A stretch of DNA of 64,000 bases from Rhizaria sp. SCN 62-66 (Eukaryota), in assembly GCA_001724265.1 (NCBI GenBank), contig MEDY01000084.1:1-64000 (forward strand). Direction: 5' to 3'. The notes beneath the pieces are model-generated. The model was not told the origin of the DNA, searched no databases, and saw only the letters and a list, made by a program, of their open reading frames with translations. Positions 30,601-39,032 of the stretch are shown in pieces. Positions within the stretch are counted from its first letter, which is position 1, and each line of letters starts with the position of its first letter. The translations under genes were made by a program, and so were the position numbers.

Positions 30601-32204
30601 CGGCCGCCGCTGCCGACTCTGCCGCACGCACCGCTGCCGCGCGCCACGCCGCCATCGAGGAGCGCCTCGCCGCCGCCTCTGCTGCTGCAGCCGCGAGCGA
30701 GGCCGTTGTTGCCGAGCTGCGCACTGAGGGTGAGGCGCGCGCCGCCGAGCTGTCCGCGGCCCTTGCCTCCGTCACCGCACTGCAGGCCGCGCTGCTTGAG
30801 AGCGAGGCCGCTGTTGCCGCGCGCGACGCCGCCGTTGTCGCCGCCGTGTGCCGCGCCGCCGCTGCCGCGCGCGGTCGTGACGCAGCGCAGGCTGCGCACA
30901 ACGATGTCAGCAGCGCGCTCACCGTGCTTAAGGCTCACGTGGCCGAGCTCGAGGCCGATGCCGCCGCCGCGACGACGATGGCAGGCGTCACTGCAACCGC
31001 GCTCGCAGCTGCTGAGGCCCGCGCTGATGCTGCTGCTGTAACTGTTAGCGAGCTTACCGCTGCGCTCGACGCCGCTAAGTCCGCCGCCGCGGCCGCCGCG
31101 ACCACTGCCGACGCGCTGCAGACTCAGTACGCCGACGCTGCGGCCGCGGTCGCCACTCAGCAGGTCGCTGTGGCCGCCGCGCGCCACGAGGCCGCCGCCG
31201 CTGAGGCCGACCGCGCCGCGGCCGCCGCCGCGCTGGCGCGCAAGGAGCGCGAGAGCTCCGAGACCGCCGCTGCCGCCAACGCCGCCGCGACCGCCGCAGC
31301 CAACGCCGCCAAGGCTGCCGCTGCGGCCGCGCAGGAGCAGTTCGCGGAGAGCGAGACTGCCTGGCAGGCGCGCGCCGCAGTGCTGGCGAGCACCGCGCAG
31401 GATGAGACCTTGCGCGCCGACGCCGCCGTCGCCGAGTGCGCTGTCCTGCGCGCCGCGCTGTCTGACGCTGAGGCCCGCGCCGAAGCCGCCGCGTCCGCGG
31501 CCGCCGCCGAGCGCGCCGCCGCCGCCGCTGCGAGCGCCGAGGCTGCCACCGCGCGCGCCGCCGCGACCGACGCCGCCGCCGCTGGCGCTGCCGCGACGCG
31601 CGCTGACTCTGCCGCGCTCGAGGCGCGCGTGCAGGAGCTCGAGAGCGCGAACGCGGAGGCCGACATGGAGCTGGGCAAGCTGCGCATCTACTCGGGAATG
31701 CTCGACGGCCAGGTGATGCGGCTTGTCTCCGCCACCATAGCGCGGTTGCGCACACACTCTTTCGCGACGGCGGACGCGGCCACAAACGAGAAGATGGCCG
31801 AAATGCTCCGTGCCGTGATGGCGGCGCAGGAGGAGATGGTGCTGGCTGGCGCATATCGGGTTCGTGACACCGCCGCACCTGCCGCCATTGCAAACAAATG
31901 CAGCGCCAGCGACGGGAAGACTTTTGTTACCGCGCCTAATGCTGCAAACGTGGCTACGGAGGTCCGCACGACGCGCTCGCGCACAGTGCAGATCGTGCCG
32001 GTGCCGGTGGTGGGCGTGCAGGCTGGCTTTGCTGCCATTGGCCAGAGTTTGGGTGCACGCCAGGCCGCGGCGAACAGCGGCAACAACGGCAGGAACAGCC
32101 ACTGGAGCACGCACAGTGGCCGCGCTAGCAGCGCTGAGGACGATGGGCTGGAGGACTACTCTGCTGCGTACGTGACTGAGGGTAAGGGCTGCACCATCGT
32201 GTAA
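24684..32204 (+). CDS. Giant kinesin motor protein with very long C-terminal coiled coil; probable exons 24684-24724 and 24833-32204
   Basis: Motor motifs VHVVVRMRP, YMFDRVF, GYNATVLAYGQTSSGKT, NERSSRSH, KLNLVDLAGSE, INQSL, FRNSELTKLLKDSLSG, ETLSTVRFA. A 108-nt in-frame pyrimidine-rich segment 24725-24832 has GTACGT...CAG ends and is read as an intron. Confidence 0.93.
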   Translation: MSTNRGATSASHTVYVPLFAQPSTFCVHTRRSRHRNSHYRFIFAVLPPCSPPSPMRPPVGRASLAPATPAATPKRPATALSRRDSLSAAASAAAATVAPAARAGPSIAALSLSTTPRRAAAAAAGAPSTPATAPAGSELTYNANAANGVSNGVDGLGPMPPPSARAPASATARRRISLAAGGSVGAASGTGSFVPSGAQTVKKPFATLPRHLASELAAAATNTHSAAAAVGLASPPAAARAAAAAAAARRHSVTPAAAAAAAAATMRAASGSGPGTSNAVRRLSSILPPPTVPAGSAAAAGGARRDSVGDLDLPSPTVSSASRRPSVASVASVAFSAAAAAAATPVAPSIAAQQQQDRVHVVVRMRPSAIAATEGVCARASAKHVLLMDPDLAPTPARAPQNVYMFDRVFDESTDQLSLFSEVGANAVDQVVAGYNATVLAYGQTSSGKTHTIKGSPGDGQEGLIPQCAARLFDQISALNRAALAAHSGGAAAEGTATNNGAASDIVSGSYRIVVGYVEVYCEQVFDLLAPEDGARLAVRERFDPPGFYAEAQTELEVGSVAELLAAVQKGDDRRRVAATLQNERSSRSHAILTVAARKCEVDDGVLDPANAGRVRHLTSKLNLVDLAGSEKFNANKAAESININQSLSTLASVIQALSQRQAYVSFRNSELTKLLKDSLSGQSKTTLVACINPTQSNRAETLSTVRFAYQAKSIPVDAKRWAEDQARARGERLEEKLREFRALQRKMATVEATVEAQQRRLEAAKEIQTGQLVPQLDRLLRRVEGSAAFARVKGVLADAGIGLPPPAVNNGVSGAAAAAATEAKSDSEGESSANNNTVSAVDDCDKENNNVANSSTGVLSKKSQFLTAPTEACPSAVASGLMASPLAVARVTQQTATAPVDAFVSPQKARLDISVTDVSAAGPLLLSPQSLATRMTEIGSPQDAEYVRKFTTVIKYCEALISYTDRFSSPSVASHGAMPRGALASPASPALGPRGGFGLAFAPRNATAAGGARAAGMASPPSLTAMGGNAGMGMSPLFGGHVALKSEPAVGVSLFDNDNDADSAKSEHKQSDDGPSAALAAAESAAAEAQAQAAAVTAELAEVRTQLAAAEVAAETAAADAEAAVAAAVASGEAAAAQVVSALQEKADEAATEYARARSALEVELEAERERSALQRREVQRLARECEERECAGDDKERALAAVNTALVAANSELAAAQFALSVANSEVSAKSAELDVASAATAACTVEILAQTIAFDSKSAELESKTAELETKTAEYDSKCVEYMTKCSELDAKAAELNSKSVMFEAKCFELNSKTAEYDAKCLAFDAKCSEYNITAAELQSTSVELESKTAELQAMRAELETKSADYAAKCAELEAAQSVITAAAAKMTELETALAAKTAEADSIRAELEIKNSELVSVSAERDAKNSKIESMNAEIASKSAEIANKTAELETKNNALGAKNAEFEVKSAAFDAKCSELDAKTAEAAKLTLELASKDLEMQAQAAELRARGAEGAAKSAEANARAAELECLRVQLGDGKARFAELETKYNGLESKCADLETKYTAAKDDSIVAAEQYKADCAAAVTAETSRAEAAKVELAAVESKLAAAESKAADAESKVVDTESKLSLTADKLRDVETQFTLTVNKLSASDAKLSATEVQLTAAESKLADAHTALTQSETVIAETKAALLEANDKLASAIGAARASESDNSAALAEVRSQLEAANVSFAAAQAAAEAAEAAKSVAEANQAAAEAAAAKAAATAAAAVAAKTEAEAAQSAAEAVQAAAEAAKSNAEASQAAAEAAMAVAEDEKNVALSAKAAADATASAATAAAIAAEAAAAVTATQLAETTVALADKSATLTATEAELRAAHRATENANEAHAAATRALAAREAEHASLMSTLASANQAGDSAAKTVTALTDAVAAARADAAAADARARSAEDNARAARAAAEDAEAALRAQHNAATAAAAAAADSAARTAAARHAAIEERLAAASAAAAASEAVVAELRTEGEARAAELSAALASVTALQAALLESEAAVAARDAAVVAAVCRAAAAARGRDAAQAAHNDVSSALTVLKAHVAELEADAAAATTMAGVTATALAAAEARADAAAVTVSELTAALDAAKSAAAAAATTADALQTQYADAAAAVATQQVAVAAARHEAAAAEADRAAAAAALARKERESSETAAAANAAATAAANAAKAAAAAAQEQFAESETAWQARAAVLASTAQDETLRADAAVAECAVLRAALSDAEARAEAAASAAAAERAAAAAASAEAATARAAATDAAAAGAAATRADSAALEARVQELESANAEADMELGKLRIYSGMLDGQVMRLVSATIARLRTHSFATADAATNEKMAEMLRAVMAAQEEMVLAGAYRVRDTAAPAAIANKCSASDGKTFVTAPNAANVATEVRTTRSRTVQIVPVPVVGVQAGFAAIGQSLGARQAAANSGNNGRNSHWSTHSGRASSAEDDGLEDYSAAYVTEGKGCTIV
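28377..29710 (+). repeat. Degenerate 21-nt (7-aa) heptad arrays in the kinesin stalk
   Basis: KSAELES/KTAELET/KTAEYDS/KCSELDA units from ~28461; KLAAAES/KAADAES/KVVDTES units from ~29500. Confidence 0.85.
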
Positions 32205-33358
32205 GCATGTAAGGTGCAGAGCAGAAATGAACAGTCATCGCCTGCAATGCTCCTGCTCACAAGTCACTGAGGTGGTTTTAAAGATGATGATGTGCAAATC
32301 GATGGCTAAAGAATATTAAAGACGGAAGGAGATTTTTTTGGAGGAAGTTTATCATGCGATTGATGAAGGAATGTGCAGCATGAAAATCATGCAGCGAAGA
32401 CCTCGAATGAGGCGCCCTACAAAAGAGAGTCATAGCGAGGGAATGGTAATTTTACGCAAAGCAACTTCGTGCATATATGCGTCTATCTTGTGGATATGTC
32501 CGTTATTAACACATCGTTGTTGCTGTCAATGTTACTCTAGGCGGGTGCGCTGACCGGGTTAAGTCACGGTCGCGCAGAGGCGCTAAACTACAAAATGTAT
32601 AATACATCAAGTAAACGTAAATTAAATCACAAACAACGCGAGAAAATGTCTAGCCCCTGTGACAAAAAGCAAACATGGTGACTGCGACTGATTATGTCAG
32701 GGATGACAATTGTTCAAACTATTACGAGACAACCTGACGAGTGAAAAGCATTTACACAGTCAGTAATAGAAATCCCGGCTTTCAAACCACAGCCGGGGTT
32801 TCTATTACTGACTACACAGTTCACAAAAAAATTATATATATCTCATGTCCACTTTCGGAAAGAATAAAAGAAAGAATTTGTTTGTATTATCCTGCAAATG
32901 AGCAAAAATACAACTCCAACGTGTCGCGTGACAAAGAGAGTGTGACCGCGGCTACAGCACAGATGGAACCAAAATGACTAAAGAAAAGAGAGTGCGTTTG
33001 TTTTTTTTTGCTGGTTCACCGTTAACGTCGCATCAATATGATATACAATAGTGCCCATTGTTCGGAACAATGTGCAAACTATGCAAATGATATGAGTGAC
33101 TGACGAGAGCGCCATCGCTGCTACGAAGTGCAAAGCAAGCATCAGCTGCTCTGTATACATATAGAAACGCTCAGGTCAAGCTCATCAGCAGCGCAGATAC
33201 CAAACCAGCAGTGTTATACAAATGTACAGATCAATCACTCACGATAACGCGGACAACGCAGTGCCAGTTGCTGTGTGCGCACTGAAGTGCGCACTGAAGT
33301 GCGCGCGTGCGTTTGAGCGCGAGAGATTGAGAGATAGAACGAGCGTTGATTGCGTCGC

Positions 33359-33940
33359 TTAATCGTCCTCGTCGTCGCGGTGGGGGCGCGAGATGACAAT
33401 AGCGCGGCCGATGGCGCGGATCCAGTCCTCCTTCTCGACCTCGCTGGACGCAACAAGCGAGAAGTTGTGCAGCGGCGAGTATACGTCGAACGAGAACGGG
33501 CGCATCGTCGTGTCCTCGGAGGACTTGACGGACGAGTAGTCAATAAGGTTGATCGCCTCAGTCGGCTCGCGGTAGTCGCGCTCGCTCTTGAACGAGTAGA
33601 GCATGTTGTCCTGGAGAACCATCCAACGGCGCTTCCAACGCTTGAGGATGCGGCTCTGCTTCTCCAGCCAGCCCTCCTTCGTCGGCTTCGTGATGTTGAC
33701 CTGAAGAGAGTGCGGGGAAAGCAAAGCAAAAGCATGGCAAGACGTAGAGCAGTGGTGAGCGAGAAAGTGGAAAGAGGGTGTGGCAGAGATTGATGCAACA
33801 CGAAGCAAGTAACAAAGGAGAGCTGCGGGTGGGGTGGATGGGGCGCGCACTATGTGGGCACTGAGCATCACAAACGCTATCGATTCAAACATAGGTACAA
33901 GGTTCGGGTATAATTCTGAATGACGTACCGCCTCAGCCAT
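33359..33940 (-). CDS. Stand-alone pleckstrin homology (PH) domain protein (~117 aa); exons 33940-33929 and 33700-33359
   Basis: KEGWLEKQSRILKRWKRRWMVL...LYSFK and FSLVASSEVEKEDWIRAI. A 12-nt first coding exon (MAEA) is followed by a GTACGT donor at 33928 and a CAG acceptor at 33701, phase 0. Confidence 0.9.
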   Translation of the reverse strand: MAEAVRHSELYPNLVPMFESIAFVMLSAHIVRAPSTPPAALLCYLLRVASISATPSFHFLAHHCSTSCHAFALLSPHSLQVNITKPTKEGWLEKQSRILKRWKRRWMVLQDNMLYSFKSERDYREPTEAINLIDYSSVKSSEDTTMRPFSFDVYSPLHNFSLVASSEVEKEDWIRAIGRAIVISRPHRDDEDD

Positions 33941-35421
33941 AATCAACCTCTAAATATGGCGCACAGAGTGGGGATGAGAGATCCGAGGAAAAGGCGTGCG
34001 GTTGGGAAGGGGTGGAACAAGAGCGGGAAGATGGAGCGTCAGAGTGCGTTGAAAACAATTTTCGGAGACAAATGCAAATACAAATGAATATTTTAGTGCG
34101 TATACTCTATAATATATGAGTGGCAGATCCTAAACACGCACAGACACCGGCGGTGAGCAGAAACAAATGTGGCCGACGTGCCACGTCGCGTTTGCCGAAA
34201 GAGAGAAGAGGAAACTGTATTGTGCACTGTCACGCAAATTCGCATTTCAACGTGATACACGTGCGTAACAAATAGTGATTCAATAATAACTTTGGTAGCA
34301 ACATTTAATTAAATTTTTAATTTTTGAATCCGCTGCTTAATTTTGTATTTATTCATACACTGTCCGTGTACACATCAAAAGAACTGCGTGCCGCTGCGTG
34401 AGCACTTACTTCTCGGTCGTACTATCGTGTACAACTTCATGATGTCCTGGTTGAGTGCTGCATTTTCGATGTATATTGCAGAGTTTGTAATTTTTCATGT
34501 GGGATTGTGGCATTGAATTGTGCGCTTAACATGTTCATATGTTTAAATCGCGTTTTCCTTCATGAGACACCTTCAATGACATTGCATCGGAATTGTGACA
34601 TTGATATTGAAGTATATCTGCACTCAACAACGCCAGCTTAACTTGAAATGTGCGTCAATGTTTGCAGATTTGCTTTCACAGAACTTGTATTGCGTATGTC
34701 CTTTAGTGGGTTTCAACAACTAGAGTTGTAGACCGTGTAACATAACAAGTGCTTCAGTGTATTCAAGTTAATCTAGAGCAAGAATTATGGGAGCATATGA
34801 AGAGCTTAAAAGATACAGCAGCTGTATACTTAATGCAACCTAACAAAACGCTGGATACTGCAAAACTCACGTCTGTAAAGCTTTGAATAATGCAACTCTG
34901 CGGTGGAACGCACTACTGCGCACGGCACCTCATCTCAAAGAGTTCATAATATGAAGATATTATTGGAATAAATCGTTGATAATGTTGTGCGAGCAACGTT
35001 TTTACATATTCCGCTGTAATCAATATGATATATCATGGCTTTAGAGGTAAAACTTAACGTTACGCCAAGAGGATCTTGTCAATATCGAAAATGCCACTCA
35101 ACGGCTGGATGCTTTGAGACTGAGACCGGAAAAGATGAGTGTGGAGCTGAAATCGACGTGCCATCCCGATAGTTCGGATCGATGTTGCGCAGTGCCACTT
35201 GCATTTTGTGGCATGTGCGCTTGTTATATACTGTTTCACTTATTTATATTTTCAGGATCTGTAATCTCACACCGGTGTACATCTTTTTCTTACCGGCGTA
35301 ACGGACTCTCACTTCACTCTTTTTCCGCGCCTTTCCAACACTCAAACTCAGCCTGTATTACTCGTAACACATTTACAGCAAGGCTCTCCGTTATTTTCGA
35401 CTAATATACCAACTGTTTAGT

Positions 35422-37483
35422 ATGGCTGCTCGTGTTGGCGCTGCCCGTGGCGCCGAGCCCAAGAGCATCGCTTCCCAGAGCTCAGAAACGCTAAACGTAC
35501 GTTCTTCACATCCTTTGCTGATGTGCCTCATAGAAAGGACATATGAACACGTCACTTCCTTTTAAGAAACTGCTTGTCATAATCTAACCATGGGCGTTGT
35601 TAGTAAGCTTCTCCTGCCTCTTCTTTACCCTGACTACCCTGTCTCACTCCTCTACTCTCTCCACCACCTCGCTCCTCCCCACGCTCCTCACACCGCACGT
35701 CGTCCCGCCTTTCGCACAGACGTTCCACGCCATGCGCACACTGCTGGGCGTCGACGTCTCCGAGCTCGCGCTGCTTCCGCTTGTCAAGCAAGCCTGCGAC
35801 GCCGTCAACTGGACCCTCGTCATGCTGCCTCCCACCACGGTCGGCGCTGACACCGCGAACCCTGGCGCTCCGAGCGCAGCCGCCACGGCCGGCGGGCCCG
35901 CGCCCGCGTCTCTCAACGACGAGCAGCAGCTGCTGTGGTACCGCCGGTTGATTGCCAGCGCGCGCGACAACCCACCCAAGGGCGTACGTCCTGTCTAACA
36001 ACGCTGTGATGATCACGGTGCAACGAGATCGCTGAACCTGTGTAAAATCACTTCTATAAGGATATTCCTGCTTGAAAAAAAACACCCGAAGATGAATGTG
36101 TAACTCGCTTCGATCTCAATGACTGCGTTGCATCTCTCTTATCCTCCAACTTCTCCATTACTCTGTTTATGTCTTGTTTTATGGTTTTACATCCAGGAGC
36201 CGTCGCCGTGGCTTACCCTGCCCCTCAACCCCAAGGCCGCAAAGCGCCCCGCCGCCGGCGCCGGCGCTGGCGCCGGCTCGGGGCAGAGCGCGCGCTCGTC
36301 TGGTGCGCCCGGTCCCGACGAGTTCATGGTCAACATGCGCAGCGGACACATCGCAGTAGCGGAACACAGTAACAACAGCGGCAACAGCGCTAGCGGTGGC
36401 GCGGGTGCGGGCAGTGACCGCAGCGGGGCCACTGGTGGTGCCAGTGGACACAAGAAGACGGAAAACAGCGATGGTATGTGATATGCTATCTGAACAAAAC
36501 AATCTGTGTAAATGCTCCAAGTTTAGTCTCACCACGCGTTGTAACGCTGAATCAACATACCTCACATCCTCGTCTCACTCTATCATGTCTCCCTTGATAC
36601 GAAATGTATGTATTTTTGTTTTGTTTGTTCGTTTGTTGTTTGCTTTCTCACCACAGTGGCGCTGGCGGCGCTCGCGCCAGATGCGGCAGCAGACGCCGAC
36701 ACTGAAACGCTCTCTTTCACAACGTGGTGGCACGAAGGCTCTCTCAAACGCACGCTGCGTCTGCTGCACCACATCCACTCCGAGACCTTTACCGTTTCCT
36801 TTGCGCACACCGCGACCGAGGGCCTCGCCGCGGCCGCGCTGGCGAGCTCCAGCGCCCCGCCCGGTTTGCTCGGCTCGCACGTGCGGCCCACGCCGCTGAG
36901 CGACGCCAAGGTCACCAACGGCAAGGGCGGCAAGGTCACGTGCTGGGACCTGTACGTCGGTGCGCGCGTGGTGGTGTTTGGCCGGCCCGTGACGCTGATG
37001 ACGTGCAGTGCGGAGACAGGGGCCTGGATTGAGGCTCACGCGAAGCGCCTGCTTGATGTACGTTTCGGAACAAATCCAAAATTTCTCGTGTATTACTTGA
37101 GTTAATGTGGCATCACAGAGCACCTCCGTGTATATTACTTGTTTTTGGGTGAATTTTGGATTCTGTTTTTAGCTTGTCTTGTTTTGTCGATATCTCATCA
37201 CTTTCTTATCTTATCACTTTTTGGGCCATGTTGCACTCCTTTGCTCTATCGGCCACAGATGAAGGCTGGCCTTGAGAAGCATCTGTCCAAGTACGAGTCT
37301 CCGCTGGCCACGGTCAAGGGCTGCGTGTACCACGGCGCGACGGACGCCAGCGGCAGCACCGGCAGCCGCACAGAGCGCCGTCTCATCCACTGCCACCTGC
37401 GGCTGCTGGTTGCGGAAGTGGTGCGGTTGCGCGCCAGGCTCGCGCGGTTCCGGCCGGAGCTCGCATCCAAGTACGAGCCGTGA
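35422..37483 (+). CDS. DM10-like domain protein (~413 aa); exons 35422-35496, 35720-35983, 36197-36473, 36657-37057, 37259-37483
   Basis: Four GTAYGT...CAG introns join five GC-rich exons in frame (phases 0,0,1,0). Exon 4 has TWWHEGSLKRTLRLLHH...ETFTV and WDLYVGARVVVFGRPVTLMTCSAET, resembling the DM10 domain of NME7/EFHC axonemal proteins. Confidence 0.72.
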
Positions 37484-38039
37484 TGCGGCACAGCGCGATG
37501 CAGAACTGCTAAGCCTGCTGTTGTGATAACTGCGACACGCGTGACATGAGTTACTCAGTGATGTGTGGCCTTTTTGGGTCTCGATTGATTCAGTGTGAGA
37601 CTTTTGAACGATATAATAGACTATTGCAATAATTTATGTTTGTAAATTACTGAGGACTGTGTATTAAACTTGAAATGAACGTGCTTCTATGTTGCTTTCG
37701 CTTGGATATTGTTGTTGTGATCGTCTTCATTTTTCGGTCCATTGTGACCGGCTGGTTGCGGCCGAATGGCAGGGTGAGGTTTGACACCTGGTTTGCAACG
37801 TGTGCAGCGGGATGAAACGACGTATGCTCGGTATGCACCTCCATTGACGAAATTTCCTAGCAGACTTCTATATTATTTTTAATGCCACATCTGTAAAACT
37901 CTCGCTATTGAGTCGGATATCGCAAAATGCAATTGCCCGCACATCCAAGTCCGATACCGAGAGCCGCGCATCCCAACCCTCGCTTTTGCTCATCCCTATC
38001 TCACTCGTTTACTCTATCATACGCTCTCCCAGAAAGGGC

Positions 38040-38678
38040 ATGTTCAGCGATCAGGTTCGCAAGCAGACTGAAGGCGCGGTAACTCAGGTGGCCGCCGTGG
38101 TGTCCAAGACGGGTCTCACACCCAACATGATTACGGTCATCGGCTGCTCCTTCATGTTTCTCATCGGCTACGTCATCTCCCAGGGCTACCTCGCCACGGG
38201 TGGCATGCTTGTTGTCTTCGCCGGTCTTTTTGACGCCCTCGACGGCGCGCTGGCCCGCTACCAGAAGACTGTCACCAAGTTCGGCGGTTTCCTCGACTCC
38301 GTCACCGACCGCTACGCCGAGTTCGCGCTCTTCACCGGTCTGATGCACTACCTCATCGTCTCCGGCTACTCCGTGCTGCCCGCCGTCTACCTTATCCTAC
38401 TCGGTCTCTTTGGCTCCGTCATGGTTTCCTACAACCGCGCGCGCGCTGAGGGCCTCGGCTTCGAGTGCAAGGGCGGATGGTTCTCCCGCTTCGAGCGCCT
38501 CGTCGTCATGGTCGGTGGGCTCGTTCTCACGGCCGTCTTCGGCGACGTCGCCATTCTTACCGCGCTCGTCATTCTCGCTGTATTCACCAACATCACTGCG
38601 ATCCAGCGCATTCTGCTCGTCAAGGAGACCGACGACGCCGATATGGCCCGCAACGGCAACAAGAACTCCACCAAATGA
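38040..38678 (+). CDS. CDP-alcohol phosphatidyltransferase, prokaryotic PIP-synthase/PgsA1-type (212 aa)
   Basis: TPNMIT, signature DALDGALAR-x7-FGGFLDSVTDR, SYNRARAEGLG and FSRFER; several hydrophobic helices; no intron in the CDS. Confidence 0.88.
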   Translation: MFSDQVRKQTEGAVTQVAAVVSKTGLTPNMITVIGCSFMFLIGYVISQGYLATGGMLVVFAGLFDALDGALARYQKTVTKFGGFLDSVTDRYAEFALFTGLMHYLIVSGYSVLPAVYLILLGLFGSVMVSYNRARAEGLGFECKGGWFSRFERLVVMVGGLVLTAVFGDVAILTALVILAVFTNITAIQRILLVKETDDADMARNGNKNSTK

Positions 38679-39032
38679 ATCCGCTCAACGTGAGTCGGGT
38701 TCGCCGCACTCGCTGCAGTTATCGCAATCTAGCGCTAGTGCTGCATAACATGCGCTCCGTTTGAATATGGCGCGCTTGCTGTGTAGCTCTAATGCTGCTC
38801 TGTGTGGCTGTGTGTGTGTAGGCGGGCCTGTGACCTGTGGGTAGATTCAGCTCACTTAAGGTTACAGTAACGGTAACTAACTAATTCGACGAACAATACA
38901 AAACGTTCAAGTGTATTTAAACAGAAAATACGAACTATTCACTGCTATTAATCACGATCATTCACTAAAATACAACAATCTGCAAGTGCACTGCTGCGGG
39001 AACACTTGATCAGAACTCCTTGTCAACAATGC

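Noticed and set aside
33275-33305. GTGCGCACTGAA tandem duplication in the PH gene 3' region
   Set aside because: Only about 2.5 copies with no spacers; simple slippage, not CRISPR-like.
33950-35420. 1.5-kb AT-rich spacer as a possible transposon or snRNA/snoRNA locus
   Set aside because: I saw no terminal repeats, transposase fragments, convincing C/D or Sm boxes, or tRNA arms. A covariance search could still find something.
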